From positions 3,424,001 through 3,488,000 of the forward strand of contig OZ253580.1 in the NCBI GenBank assembly GCA_965263035.1: a stretch of DNA of 64,000 nucleotides. Reading direction: 5' to 3'. The position numbers and the translations under genes are program-made. The DNA comes from Acidobacteriota bacterium. Lineage in GTDB: Bacteria; Acidobacteriota; UBA6911; RPQK01; JAJDTT01. Numbering within the stretch: the stretch's first letter is position 1; every line of letters starts with the position of its first letter. The notes under the pieces are model-generated. The model did no database searches and was not told the origin of the DNA. It saw only the letters and a program-made list of their open reading frames with translations. This document shows, in pieces, positions 19,463-30,186 of the stretch.

Positions 19463-22027
19463 TCAGTGTCGGACCACTTCGAGCAGCGTGATCTCCCAGG
19501 GCTCGAGGGTCAAACGAAGTTCGTCCCCGTCAAGATTTCGATACGTGCCTTCAGTGTCCCTCGGCCAGTGACGCCTGACCTTCCAGCGTCCGCTCTCTTT
19601 GAAGGAACACTCGGCATCCAGTTCGAGGAAGGCTTCCGACGGGCGCGGGGAGCCATTATTGATGGCGATGAAGCCACGGTTCCCCGAGAATCCGAGATAG
19701 CCATAGAGCTCGTCCTGCCAGGGGTTGCCCAGAATGAAACGCCGATTGCGGAAGCACTCGGGGTAAGTCTTCAGTAGCCCGACGAAGTGAGCGAGATCCT
19801 CCCTCTCCTGCGTGGTGAGCCATTTCGGATGGGTCCAGATCTGTGCCATCAGGCTTCCGCGGCAGATGTCCATGACAAAGCCTTCCTGCCAGCGCTCCTT
19901 GCCGATCTTGCTGTTCCAACTGGTCGGGGAGAGCCAGACGCCCAGGGAGTCCTTGAGCAGGGAGGGAATGTCTCCTTCTTCCGAGGTGTACCACTCGGCC
20001 TGATCCAGGATTCTCGTCACCGAGTCGCGCTGGTGCCGGGTGGGCCAGTGGCTGGGCTGGCCGGCTTCGATCAGCAGCCCGGGATCCCAGATGTTGTCCA
20101 TCCAGAGCAGCCACCAGGGAGAGCTGTAGCAGCCTTGTCCCATGATCAGGATGTCCGGATTCTCTTTGTCGACGGCTGTCCAGGTGTCGATGGCGGCATC
20201 GAATATCGATCGGGTGGAGTACTTTCCCGTTTCGTGCCCGTGTCCGGTGTTGCGGCACACCAGGCACATGCCGTCCTGGATCAACACCGAAACGAAGCCT
20301 GAGCGCGCATAGTCCACCATGCTCTTCTTGATCGAGTCCCCGTACGGTCTGGAGCCCCGGCAAAGGCCTGTGGGGCGGCTGCCGGAGGGGCCGCCCGCTC
20401 GAACCTGATCGATGGAACAGACCGCGAAGTCCGGATTCCTGGAGCACTCCCAGGCGTGCTGAGCCTCGAAGCCGATCATGATGGGCACCCCGACCTGGCG
20501 CGACCGTTCGAACAGGCGGACCGGGCCATTGGGCCAACCGCTCCTTCGGAACGGTTCCAGATCCCGAACCTTGTAATCCACGATCAGATGAGAAGCCTCC
20601 TTCCCGCTGCGGTAGAAGGTGCTGTAGTCACGCTTCGTATCCCAGAAGAACCCGATCGAGACTCCATCCAGGTCCAGCTTCTGCTCCCTCTTCATCTCCT
20701 CGATCCCATCCAGGATCCCGAGCATGTGCTGCTCATCGTGCCAATCGCCATGCTCATCCCGCTCCCAGGAACCGTAGCTCATCAACAGGGCGTAAGGTTT
20801 GTCATGGCCTCGCCGGATGCGTCGGGACCGTTCCTGAATATGGTTCCGAAACGCAGCCGAGCTCCCGCCTCGCTCGGCCACCCCGATCACCACTTCGCTC
20901 AGGGCGAGTTCCTGTCCACTGTCCAGTTCGGCGGCCGGAAACTCGCGAAGCCGGACCCGTCCCTCGCCCCCTTGGACCAGACCGGCCGGGTGGGCGATTC
21001 CGAAGAAGAGCTGCTCATTGACGTGGACGGGAAAGCCTTCTCCGCCCTCGCTTGCGGTGCCGCCGGTGTGGTAGTTGCCCAGGTCGACATCGAGCACCCG
21101 GATCGGATCCGTCGCCCGGTTTGCGATGCTGACAAACTTGCGCAAAATGGGACTGCCTTCCCGCCACGTGTAACGCACCTCGCCCTGAATGGAATCCCCC
21201 TGGCTCTGCACATCGAGAATCAGCGAGTTGCTTTCTCCGTCGCGCTCCAGACGGTGCGACGTCACCCCAAAGCTGACCTTGCGCATCGGCTCTCCGATGG
21301 TCACGTACTGGTCGAAGTTGGACTGGTAACCGATCGGCTGGGGGAGCTGCTGGCGATTGCGGGAATCCAGGTTCTTGAGTCGGCGCAGCCGCTCACCTCC
21401 GGCATTCATCCCTTTCATTTGGAGCACGAGCAGGTTATCGCCGCCAAACTTCAGGAGGCCGTAGGCCTTGTCGCCGGTGTCGAGGCGAAATATGCGGGGC
21501 TCGCGCCAGAACCCGGATTCCACACGCGTCCCGATCTCCATTCCATTGAGGAAGACGCGTATCCAATCGGCGTCATTGAGCCCGTGGCCGCCCAGAACGA
21601 TGTGGACCGTCCGGCCGCCGGCATCCGGGAGGCGGAACCGGGTCCTGCCCCAGACATGTTTCGAGGGATCCGCCAGAACAACGGGAGAAGTCTCCCAGTC
21701 CGCGTCATCCACCTCGAGGGAGAAATACCGTTTCTCATAGCCCGGATCCCGTTCCGGGGGAGTCGAACCGAACCCGGCAAACTTCGACGTCACGGTCCGT
21801 TTCCACGGACCGAGTTCGATGCGGGCGTCCGAAGCATCGAGGTAGACGGCCAACTCCTCCCCGTGGCCCAGGGAGCAATATTCTCCGGTGAGTTTGTTCG
21901 CCATGCCGATGGCCTTGAACGTTTGGAGATCCAAATCCCATCGGAATTTCTCATTCTCTACGGAAACACCTGTCTTGCTGGTGCACGCAGGGATCGTCAG
22001 GGCCGCCAGCAGAAGCACGACTCGCAT
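19463..22027 (-). CDS. Putative glycoside hydrolase lipoprotein (galactose-binding-like domain + GH36/GH27-like TIM barrel)
   Basis: IPAC lipobox-like signal; jelly-roll VFLNGMEIG..LKFGGDNLLVL; C-terminal SPWWLLWMD and FILGNPW. Family assignment is by eye. Confidence 0.6.
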   Translation of the reverse strand: MRVVLLLAALTIPACTSKTGVSVENEKFRWDLDLQTFKAIGMANKLTGEYCSLGHGEELAVYLDASDARIELGPWKRTVTSKFAGFGSTPPERDPGYEKRYFSLEVDDADWETSPVVLADPSKHVWGRTRFRLPDAGGRTVHIVLGGHGLNDADWIRVFLNGMEIGTRVESGFWREPRIFRLDTGDKAYGLLKFGGDNLLVLQMKGMNAGGERLRRLKNLDSRNRQQLPQPIGYQSNFDQYVTIGEPMRKVSFGVTSHRLERDGESNSLILDVQSQGDSIQGEVRYTWREGSPILRKFVSIANRATDPIRVLDVDLGNYHTGGTASEGGEGFPVHVNEQLFFGIAHPAGLVQGGEGRVRLREFPAAELDSGQELALSEVVIGVAERGGSSAAFRNHIQERSRRIRRGHDKPYALLMSYGSWERDEHGDWHDEQHMLGILDGIEEMKREQKLDLDGVSIGFFWDTKRDYSTFYRSGKEASHLIVDYKVRDLEPFRRSGWPNGPVRLFERSRQVGVPIMIGFEAQHAWECSRNPDFAVCSIDQVRAGGPSGSRPTGLCRGSRPYGDSIKKSMVDYARSGFVSVLIQDGMCLVCRNTGHGHETGKYSTRSIFDAAIDTWTAVDKENPDILIMGQGCYSSPWWLLWMDNIWDPGLLIEAGQPSHWPTRHQRDSVTRILDQAEWYTSEEGDIPSLLKDSLGVWLSPTSWNSKIGKERWQEGFVMDICRGSLMAQIWTHPKWLTTQEREDLAHFVGLLKTYPECFRNRRFILGNPWQDELYGYLGFSGNRGFIAINNGSPRPSEAFLELDAECSFKESGRWKVRRHWPRDTEGTYRNLDGDELRLTLEPWEITLLEVVRH

Positions 22028-22112
22028 GGTCCCGGAAGTATTTATAGTCGCATCCTCCTCTAAGAATGTGTATCCGAGCAGTTGGGACGAGACATTAATA
22101 AAATCATCTCTT

Positions 22113-22122
22113 CGTATATACG
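22113..22122. promoter_or_regulatory. Palindromic operator candidate (GntR-like) in divergent AT-rich intergenic region
   Basis: Perfect palindrome CGTATATACG. Confidence 0.45.
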
Positions 22123-22224
22123 TATTTCTATCTCAAGACGGCGGCTACATCAAGCAAAGGTCGTAATATTCCGGAAGGGGCGTGGGATGAGTGCGTATAT
22201 AGCAATGCGTGCTAAGATGTTCTT

Positions 22225-24141
22225 ATGCTCCAGGTTCCAACAATGATGGCTTTGGCCGGCATCCTGCTACTGGCGCAGGCTGCCGGCGGTCGCACCGGAA
22301 CTCAAGTCGAGCCGGAGCAGGTCCTTCGGCGGGCGCTGGAACTCCAGCAGGCCGACGATGTGGACGGCGCCATCGAGCAGTACCGGGCCTTGCTGGCCCA
22401 ATACCCGGACCATGCGGAGGCTCGCGTCAAACTGGGCAATGCCTACTCTTCGATCGGCCGCTATCCGGATGCCGCCGTCCAATACCAGCAGGCTCTACAC
22501 AAGGATGGTCTCAGGGATCCGACCGGTCTCGACTACTCCTTGGCTTGGGTCTATTTTCGGATGGCCGAATACGAAAAGGCCAAGCCGATCCTGGACCGGG
22601 TCGTCGCCGCCGGCTCCAAGGGCAGGGAAGCCGTTCAACTGCTGGCGTCCTGTTATTTCAATTTGGGCGAGTGGAGGAAGGTGATCGGCCTTTTGTCTCC
22701 GCTTGAAGCGGGACTGTCCGAGTCGCCCGCCCTGACCTATCTGTTGGGCGTCGCGCTGGAAGAAGACGGTCAGAACGAAAGGGGAACGCCACTCGTAGAG
22801 ACCGCCCTGAAAGGTACCGATTGGCCGACGGCACGGTTCCGGTCCGAGATGCGCTCGGATTGGCTCAATCGTTTGGCTCGTCGAGGAAGGGACCTGATGG
22901 AGAGCGGGGACTACCCTGGGGCCGCCAGGCACTTGGAAAGAGCCCTCTCGCTCGACCCGAGGGTCCCGTCGTTGAACGTCACTTACGGGAAGTTGCTCCG
23001 GCTCATGAACCGGCACGACGTTGCGGATCGAGCCTTCCTGAAAGAGCTCGAAGTCAATCCCGACGATTACGATGCCAATCTGTTTCACGGCATCTATCTC
23101 TTCGAGAACGAACAGAAATATGAGGAGGCGCTGGCCTGCTTCGAACGGGCGTTGCGCACGCGTCCGGGCGACGCCGATGCACGGTTTCAAATGGGACTCG
23201 TCTACAACTCCTCCAACCGGATTGAAGAGGCCATTCAAACCGTGGAGGGCGTGGTGGCGGAGAACCCCAATTTCCTGGAAGGCCATGTCACTCTCGCCGG
23301 TCTGTACTTTCGGTTGGGAAAAGAAGAGGAAGCCGAACGCCACCGGGTCGCCGCCGAGCGGCTTCGAACCAGCAGGGATGGGCAGCACCTGATCAAGCTG
23401 GGACAACTCTCGCAGGCCTCCGAGCTGTTCGAGCGCCAGAAGAAGGCGGACCCGTCGGACCCCGAGCCTTACTTCCATGAGGGTCTGGCTCTTTGGCAAG
23501 AGCAGAACTGGCAGGACGCCGCCGCCGAGTTCAAGGAGGCCGTTCGATTGGGTAACGGCAATCTCAAGTACACCATCTACTATTCGAATGCGCTGGCCCA
23601 GTCGGGTCAGCATGAATTGGCGCGGACCATCGTGGAGTCCCTGCATCGGGATCGTTGGCGTCAACTGGACTCCCGTCAGGCCTGGATTCTGGGAGACACC
23701 TGGTTTCAGATCGGAGACCATGATCAGGTTCTGCAGGTCCTGGATTTCCTGTCTGGCCAGGACCCGAAGAATGCGCAGGTCGATCTGATGCGAGGCCAGA
23801 TCCTTCTCCGTAAAGGGAGCTACGAACGGGCAAGGGCGTCCGCTGAAGGGAGCATCAGGAAACAGCCGGACAACAGCCTCGCCCACGCTCTGTTGGGAAC
23901 AGCCCGGTATCTACTTGGGGACCTGCCTGGGGCCAAAGAAGCCTTTCTCAAAGCCGTGGAACAGGATCCCGGCAACCCGGATCATCTGCGCAAGCTGGGT
24001 GCGCTCTACCTGGAGTTGGGAGAGTACGAACCGGCAATCACGGCTCTTGAGCGGGCCAAGCCGGCCGCTGCCGAAATTCCCAGTATCCACCGTCTTCTCG
24101 AAAGGGCGTACCAGGCAAGGGAGACCGGGTCCAAGAAGTAA
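22225..24141 (+). CDS. Exported tetratricopeptide repeat protein
   Basis: Signal peptide and multiple TPRs; TGC-TAAGAT 6 nt before the ATG. Confidence 0.88.
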   Translation: MLQVPTMMALAGILLLAQAAGGRTGTQVEPEQVLRRALELQQADDVDGAIEQYRALLAQYPDHAEARVKLGNAYSSIGRYPDAAVQYQQALHKDGLRDPTGLDYSLAWVYFRMAEYEKAKPILDRVVAAGSKGREAVQLLASCYFNLGEWRKVIGLLSPLEAGLSESPALTYLLGVALEEDGQNERGTPLVETALKGTDWPTARFRSEMRSDWLNRLARRGRDLMESGDYPGAARHLERALSLDPRVPSLNVTYGKLLRLMNRHDVADRAFLKELEVNPDDYDANLFHGIYLFENEQKYEEALACFERALRTRPGDADARFQMGLVYNSSNRIEEAIQTVEGVVAENPNFLEGHVTLAGLYFRLGKEEEAERHRVAAERLRTSRDGQHLIKLGQLSQASELFERQKKADPSDPEPYFHEGLALWQEQNWQDAAAEFKEAVRLGNGNLKYTIYYSNALAQSGQHELARTIVESLHRDRWRQLDSRQAWILGDTWFQIGDHDQVLQVLDFLSGQDPKNAQVDLMRGQILLRKGSYERARASAEGSIRKQPDNSLAHALLGTARYLLGDLPGAKEAFLKAVEQDPGNPDHLRKLGALYLELGEYEPAITALERAKPAAAEIPSIHRLLERAYQARETGSKK

Positions 24142-24164
24142 CACCGCTGCCATAGCGGGAAACG

Positions 24165-25865
24165 CTAATCTCGTTCCTCGACCCTGAGAATCCGGTCGGG
24201 TGCGACCTCTTTAAGTATCTGCAGCTTGCCCGAAGGCCAGCGGATCTCCAGCGATTCGATGTCCTCTTCCTTCCCCAGGCCGAAGTGAACCCGTCTGTCC
24301 GGTGAGGACATGAGGCCCACCGTTGAGGAAACATGGTTCAGGAGGGTCCTGCCCGAGGCAGTCCGCAGCAAGACAGTGGCTCCGATCGCATCCCGATTGC
24401 TGGCCCGGCCGCGAAGGTCGACCATCAGCCAGTGGTTCCCGTTGTCTCCCGAATTTTGCAGAATCCTCGGATTTTCGTTGAGTGAAGTGACGACAATATC
24501 CAGGAATCCGTCATCATTCAGATCTCCGAAAGAGGAACCGCGCTGGTATGCAATACGCAGAAAATCCTGTCCCAGATTCGTCGAGACGTCGGTAAAGGTC
24601 GTCCCGTCCAGGTTTCGCAGCATGGTGTCGTGCTGGGCGGTATCGGGGCTCAGGTATTCCAGGCCCCCGTTGGCTGAGTAGATGTCTTTCCAGCCATCGT
24701 TGTCAAAATCGATAAATCCGCTGCCCCAGCCCGTGAACTTCCGGCTCAGCTTGGCCACCTGGGTCCGGTAGCTGACATATTCGAAGTAGCGGCCGCCCCG
24801 GTTCTGGAAGAGCCCGTGGAGTTGGTTCTTGAGGTCGTTGTAGAAGATGTCGACCTGCCCGTCGTTGTTGAAGTCCTTGGCGTCGGCGCCCATCCCCGAG
24901 CCGGCCACCGCGGAACCCTTGTAGGCGACGCCGAGGAAAAAAGAGGCTTCCCGAAAGCTGCCGTTCCCCTGATTCAGGTAGAGAAAGTTCTGCACCGTGT
25001 CGTTGGCGACGAACACATCCGGACGGCCGTCCTGATTGAAATCGGCAATTCCCAGTCCCATGCCTTTGCCCAGCGCATTGGTGAGGCCCGCCTTCTGAGA
25101 GACGTCGGTGAATCTGCCGCCGCCCAGATTCCGGTAGAGCGTGTTGGAAACACTGACGACGGTCTTCGGACTGCAGTAGAACGGAGTACCGTCGGGAAAC
25201 AGACAGGGCTTGTCGGTCTGGGCATTCCAGTAGGTGTACTGGGAGACGAACAGGTCCAGCAGGGAATCCTGGTCGAAATCGAGCCAGGCGGCGTCGACGC
25301 TCAACAGATCGGCCGGTTTGTCGTCGAGGCCCGATCCGGCCGTCACGTCGGTGAAAGTGCCGTCGCCGTTGTTTCGATACAGGGCGTTGGGTCCGGCGTT
25401 TCCGATGAACAGGTCGCGGTCGCCGTCATTGTCGTAATCGCCGACAGTCACGCCGAAACAGTAGCCCAGACCGACTCCGGTCAATCCGGCTTTCCGCGTG
25501 ACGTCCTCGAAACTGCCGTTTCCCAAGTTGCGCAAGAGGCAGTTGTGAAACGAACGGTCCGTCTTCTCGACTTCCGGCAGCTTGGCGCCGTTGGTCAGGA
25601 AGATGTCCTGCCTGCCGTCGCGATCGTAATCGAAGATGGCCACGCCGCCGCACATGGGCTGGGGAAAATATTTGCGGCCAGCGAAGCTGTTATTGGATTG
25701 GTAGCGGATATTCGATCTTGGTGCGATGTCGGTGAATTGAACGGACCCCGCGTCCTCGCCGCGCGTGGCGTTTTCGGATTGGGCAGGGAGGACTCCCGTG
25801 ACTGGAAGAGCCAACACCGGCAGGAGCACGGAACTCCAAACCAGCGTCCATCCCATGGGATGCAT
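24165..25865 (-). CDS. CRTAC1 family protein (FG-GAP + ASPIC/UnbV)
   Basis: PMCGGVAIFDYDRDG, GDYDNDGDRD, RDAIGA, HFGLG, IRWPSG; signal peptide. Confidence 0.92.
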   Translation of the reverse strand: MHPMGWTLVWSSVLLPVLALPVTGVLPAQSENATRGEDAGSVQFTDIAPRSNIRYQSNNSFAGRKYFPQPMCGGVAIFDYDRDGRQDIFLTNGAKLPEVEKTDRSFHNCLLRNLGNGSFEDVTRKAGLTGVGLGYCFGVTVGDYDNDGDRDLFIGNAGPNALYRNNGDGTFTDVTAGSGLDDKPADLLSVDAAWLDFDQDSLLDLFVSQYTYWNAQTDKPCLFPDGTPFYCSPKTVVSVSNTLYRNLGGGRFTDVSQKAGLTNALGKGMGLGIADFNQDGRPDVFVANDTVQNFLYLNQGNGSFREASFFLGVAYKGSAVAGSGMGADAKDFNNDGQVDIFYNDLKNQLHGLFQNRGGRYFEYVSYRTQVAKLSRKFTGWGSGFIDFDNDGWKDIYSANGGLEYLSPDTAQHDTMLRNLDGTTFTDVSTNLGQDFLRIAYQRGSSFGDLNDDGFLDIVVTSLNENPRILQNSGDNGNHWLMVDLRGRASNRDAIGATVLLRTASGRTLLNHVSSTVGLMSSPDRRVHFGLGKEEDIESLEIRWPSGKLQILKEVAPDRILRVEERD

Positions 25866-25913
25866 GCGGATATGTTACGACAAAGAATGAGGCGTCGTAG
25901 TCCGTAGCAAAGG

Positions 25914-25940
25914 AGGGCGACCAACAAGGGTCGCCCTTAC
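25914..25940 (-). repeat. Single REP (GTAG-GGGC family)
   Basis: Reverse strand reads GTAAGGGCGACCCTTGTTGGTCGCCC, matching the left half of 43295-43321. Confidence 0.75.
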
Positions 25941-25956
25941 CCGAATTGCTTTCTCC

Positions 25957-27549
25957 TCACGGCTCTTGTTGCCAGATCTGGACCAGCTCCCACTCCACTC
26001 CTTCCCGGGCCAGGCCGAAGTTTCCCAGGATGATGTCGGTGCGGCCGTCGCCGTCGATGTCACCCAACTCGAGAGTCACGTAGTCGCAAGGAATTGCGGC
26101 CAGGGAGCGGGGTTGGAAGGATCCGGGCCGGGTCTGTTCGTACCAGACCACACCCGAAAGATTGTATTGACGGCGTCGTTCCTCGGTCAGATTGGGGAGG
26201 TAGGAAGCTGCAACCAGGTCGATATCTCCATCCCCGTCGAGGTCCCCTGCTTCAGCCCGGAGGGCGCCGTAGTAGACGTCCACCCGATGATGGGCAAAGG
26301 AAAGCTCGCCCCTGTTCTCCAGCCAGGACAGCCCGTGATAGGGCCTCATCTGTGCGCTGTCGTCCAGGGTGTCTCCGTGGGTGAAGATGACGTCCAAGTC
26401 CCCGTCCTGATCCAGATCGATGACCTCGATTCCGCTTGAACCCCAGTGCGGATGAGGAGCCTTGAACAAGTCCTTCTTTTCGAAGACACCGGATCCCCGA
26501 TTGAGGAAAGCAACGACCGCTTCATGTTCCTGGGACAGCAGGGCGATGAAGTCGGGCCGGCCGTCTCGGTCGAGGTCCACGACGGGAATGTGGATCGTCC
26601 CGGCCCGGTCATCCAATTTCACGGATCTGAAATCGTCCGCTCCGAGTCTCGAGGCCTTCTCCGGATGGGATCCGTTCTCCAGATAGTGGATGCCACCCAC
26701 TGTCCTCCAGCCGAACTCGGCTACGATGACATCCAGGTCCCGGTCGCCGTCAAAATCTGCCGCCTGGACGTCAGCGACCCTTCCGACCCCGGTGAGCAAC
26801 CGGTGAACCTCGAACTCGCGCCTCCCGGTCCGCCGGAGCCAGGAAACGGATCCCGTTCGTTGGTCAGTGGGCTTGGGCCATCCGAGTTCGGCAACCAGCA
26901 AGTCGATCCTGCCGTCCCGGTCCAAGTCGACAACCTCGGCATGGCATGGATTGTTGAGTTGGACTATGGGCTGAAGGTCCATCCGGCCGTCGTCGGGATC
27001 CGTCCAGCTCACCCATCCGGAGATCATGTCGCTGACCACCAGTTCGGGGCCCTTCAGGTCTGAAAACAGCTCCAGAAGGCGGACATTGGCTGCCCCGGGC
27101 TGGAGACCGCGAACCTTCTTGCCCGGCAGCAGCCGGCGGTTGAACCGAAGCTCCGGACCCCCGCGCTTCGCCGTCCAGGGCGGCGTCTCCAATTCGGCAG
27201 GTGCCTTCGACCGGAAGTAGGAAGCCACCTGCAAGGCGTCGATATCCCAGATCGGTTTGTTGTGAGATTGGAGGAGAGAGAGATTGGCCAGTCTGAACTT
27301 TCTCTGAATCAGACCGGGCCATTCCTGCTTGGGAAGGATCCCCGGAGGGGTCCATTCGTGGCACTGGGTACAGGCCTTCCGGATCTTTGTTTCCAGGGCC
27401 TCCTCATTCGTCAACTGGAGGCTGGAGTGTGAGGAAAGTGAGGGGAGTCCGGGTGAGCGCCCGCCGGCGACGGATCGGCCGGGCAAAGACAAGAAGACAA
27501 TCAGACACAGAACCGAGAGACAGCCGACGGACCGACCTCGTATCTTCAT
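25957..27549 (-). CDS. FG-GAP/VCBS repeat protein with N-terminal c-type heme motif
   Basis: ACTQCHEWTPP (CxxCH) after a signal peptide; repeats DLDRDGRID, DFDGDRDLD, DLDQDGDLD. Start ATG27549 follows TGC-TACCAT. Confidence 0.85.
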   Translation of the reverse strand: MKIRGRSVGCLSVLCLIVFLSLPGRSVAGGRSPGLPSLSSHSSLQLTNEEALETKIRKACTQCHEWTPPGILPKQEWPGLIQRKFRLANLSLLQSHNKPIWDIDALQVASYFRSKAPAELETPPWTAKRGGPELRFNRRLLPGKKVRGLQPGAANVRLLELFSDLKGPELVVSDMISGWVSWTDPDDGRMDLQPIVQLNNPCHAEVVDLDRDGRIDLLVAELGWPKPTDQRTGSVSWLRRTGRREFEVHRLLTGVGRVADVQAADFDGDRDLDVIVAEFGWRTVGGIHYLENGSHPEKASRLGADDFRSVKLDDRAGTIHIPVVDLDRDGRPDFIALLSQEHEAVVAFLNRGSGVFEKKDLFKAPHPHWGSSGIEVIDLDQDGDLDVIFTHGDTLDDSAQMRPYHGLSWLENRGELSFAHHRVDVYYGALRAEAGDLDGDGDIDLVAASYLPNLTEERRRQYNLSGVVWYEQTRPGSFQPRSLAAIPCDYVTLELGDIDGDGRTDIILGNFGLAREGVEWELVQIWQQEP

Positions 27550-27805
27550 GTTCGAAATGGTAGCAGCCCGTGGTGAAAGTCCCACGAGCACCGAGACCGT
27601 TCCTGCGCCCGCCGGACCAGGCGCAACGGAGGGAGCATGCCGGGAGTATGCGACCGAGTCGCAACGCGGTCCGCGCACGATGCAGGGACGGTCGAATGCC
27701 GTGACGACTTTTGCCACGGGCTGCTAACACCAGCCTGACTTCCACCGGGGCGTAGTCCTCGCCATCGAACTTCGGGGCAGTGGCCGTTTTTCTTCCTGAC
27801 CCGAA

Positions 27806-29995
27806 TCACCCGATGGTCAACACCCCTGCGCCATAGGCCGGCAAGCGGACGCTGAGCGATACGGTGTCGCCGCGGCGGCCCAGTGACACCGGCTTGGGCT
27901 CCTCGCCTTCCACGAAGAGCGACCCAGTGGTTCCGGCCGGTCTGCCGAGGGCCTCGGGAGAGAGCGAGACCTTCACCGTGCTGGGCCGGGGCCGGCCATT
28001 GGCCAGCGTCGCCGCAACGCCGCCGGGCGAGGTGTAAACGTAGCCCTTGCCTCCGTCGACTTGCAGGCCTCGGTCATCGCGAAACTGGCCATGGCTCACA
28101 AAAGGCGCAGTGGCCTTGCGCAATCGCGCCAGCCGGGCGACCTGCGCGGCAAGGTCCGGATCGTCGGAGAGCAGCCCCGTCATGTCTTGAGTGGCGATGG
28201 CCATGTAGCTGCCCAGGCCAAACGCATCGGCGATGACGTCACGCTGGTTCTCGTCAATGCACCAGCAGGGGACCATCGAGGGGAGGACGTACCGAAAGAC
28301 CTGCAGCAGGTCCTCCTCAGGCTTGCGCCAGCCCCAGATCCACCACAGGTCGATATGCTGAGTATTGTAGAGATCCGGGAGCTCCGCGAGGGTGTAGCTG
28401 CCGGGGTGGCGTTCCCGGGTCGTGCGAGTGACCTCCGCATACCATTCGTAGGTGCGGGCCCAGGCTTCCCACGGCGAGGCATGGCCGTGGTCGCGTGAAA
28501 GGCAGTAGTTCCACTCCGACGCCTGGTCGATGGAAATCATGTCGAAGCCGAGATCGAGGGTACGCTCGAGGACCCGGCGCGCGAAGGGAAGGAACCCATC
28601 CGCGCCGCAGCAGACGGCATGCGACCCCATTTCGTAGCCGGGATCGTTGTACCAGCCGCCGTCCAAGGTTCCGCACGGAAAACCGAATATGGGGATGCCG
28701 TACAGACTCTGCTGCACCAGCGGCTTCAGCTCCTCCCAGGAGCTGTTGTACTCCACCGCCAGGCGGTAGTTCGTATAGGAGGTGAGGGAACAGCCGAGAC
28801 GCCGCAGTTCCGCCACGGCACGCCGCAGCGCGGCTTCCCGGTTGGCCGACATCTCCCAGAAACTGCCGCGGTCCGGCCGGTAGTACACCGACGCGGTGTG
28901 ATCCCAGATCATGAGGTCGCGCACGCCGTACTTCATCGAATCTTTGGCGATGGCGGGAAGCTCGGCGAAATCGTGGTAGCGCTCGCCCGAGGGTCCGTGG
29001 GTATGAATATGGAACAACCCGATCTTTTCCCGCAGCGCGGGGGGCGTGTCGCAGGGTTTCCACCATCTCGAAAGCCAGTCCCGAAGGCGGTCAGCCGTAT
29101 CATGCCAGTCGCCCTGGTGGACCCCCACGCCAAACTCGCTGCTGGTCCAGGTCTCCCCCGGCTCGACGAACACGCCGGTGGCCCAGGTCCAGGTCAGGGA
29201 GATCTCCCGGGTGACGTAAAGAGCGTTCTCGAATACGAGGATGTGCGGCGAGGGGCGTTGCTCGTACTTGATGAAGGAGAGTCCACCGCCGTCGTTGCTC
29301 AGATCCATCATCGGCAACTGATGGATCGGAACTTCGCCCAGGCGCAGGTGATGGTGCCCGAACGAATGCGTGCTGGTCCCCATCTCGGCGAGTTTGGCGT
29401 AGATGTCGGGGTACAATTTCTTGCTGGTGGTGATCAGATCGCGGGACTGACCAGGCTTGGCCAGGCGTCCGCCAATCCAGGGGAACCACATTTCGTGGAC
29501 GCGATAGGAACTCTCGTTGCGGATCTCCGCCGTGAAGAGGGCCTCCGGACTGCCCTCGGGCAGGCGCACCCGCACGGTCAGGAACACGCCGGCCTTCCGG
29601 CCGCGAAACTGTAGCTCCGGAAAAACGATTTCGAGCTGATCCCCGTGTCGGTTCAGGGACGGCTGTCCCGCCTTGTGCGACATCAACGGCACCGAGTTGT
29701 GTTCGGGAGTCGGCACGACCAGCTTCGCCAGCCGGTGTCCGCGAGGGTCGTTCAGGTATTGCCGGCCCGTCTTGCGGTCGGTGATCTGGAGCAGGCTCCC
29801 GGTCCCCTCGTCGAACTCGAAACTCACCAGCCCGTTCTCGAGCTGGGTGACGGGCGAATTCACCTGCACTCCGGCGCGGCGCTCCGGCACCCTCAGCCCC
29901 GGCTCAGCTACCGCGGCGGTACGGCCCTCCACGAACCCGTAGGCTCCGGTCCCACCTGCGATCTTCATCAAGTCTCTTCGGTTGATCCTAGCCAT
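27806..29995 (-). CDS. Tat-exported putative glycoside hydrolase (DUF6259-like TIM barrel)
   Basis: INRRDLMK twin-arginine signal; VHQGDWHDTAD, ISIDQ, C..RDHGH motifs; AAGGGG RBS. Confidence 0.65.
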   Translation of the reverse strand: MARINRRDLMKIAGGTGAYGFVEGRTAAVAEPGLRVPERRAGVQVNSPVTQLENGLVSFEFDEGTGSLLQITDRKTGRQYLNDPRGHRLAKLVVPTPEHNSVPLMSHKAGQPSLNRHGDQLEIVFPELQFRGRKAGVFLTVRVRLPEGSPEALFTAEIRNESSYRVHEMWFPWIGGRLAKPGQSRDLITTSKKLYPDIYAKLAEMGTSTHSFGHHHLRLGEVPIHQLPMMDLSNDGGGLSFIKYEQRPSPHILVFENALYVTREISLTWTWATGVFVEPGETWTSSEFGVGVHQGDWHDTADRLRDWLSRWWKPCDTPPALREKIGLFHIHTHGPSGERYHDFAELPAIAKDSMKYGVRDLMIWDHTASVYYRPDRGSFWEMSANREAALRRAVAELRRLGCSLTSYTNYRLAVEYNSSWEELKPLVQQSLYGIPIFGFPCGTLDGGWYNDPGYEMGSHAVCCGADGFLPFARRVLERTLDLGFDMISIDQASEWNYCLSRDHGHASPWEAWARTYEWYAEVTRTTRERHPGSYTLAELPDLYNTQHIDLWWIWGWRKPEEDLLQVFRYVLPSMVPCWCIDENQRDVIADAFGLGSYMAIATQDMTGLLSDDPDLAAQVARLARLRKATAPFVSHGQFRDDRGLQVDGGKGYVYTSPGGVAATLANGRPRPSTVKVSLSPEALGRPAGTTGSLFVEGEEPKPVSLGRRGDTVSLSVRLPAYGAGVLTIG

Positions 29996-30186
29996 GTGGC
30001 ACCCCCTTTATGACATGGATTATCCTCGGTTATTTTGACGAATGAAAGGGTAGTTTCTAAATTCAACTTAGGCCACAAGGGGAGCGTTTCGGTTATGCTG
30101 TTCTGGTCGAATCCGGAACACGTGAGAATATAATCAACGCATTTCCGATCTCGTGGGGCTCTGCCCCGATATACGTCTATTAAATG

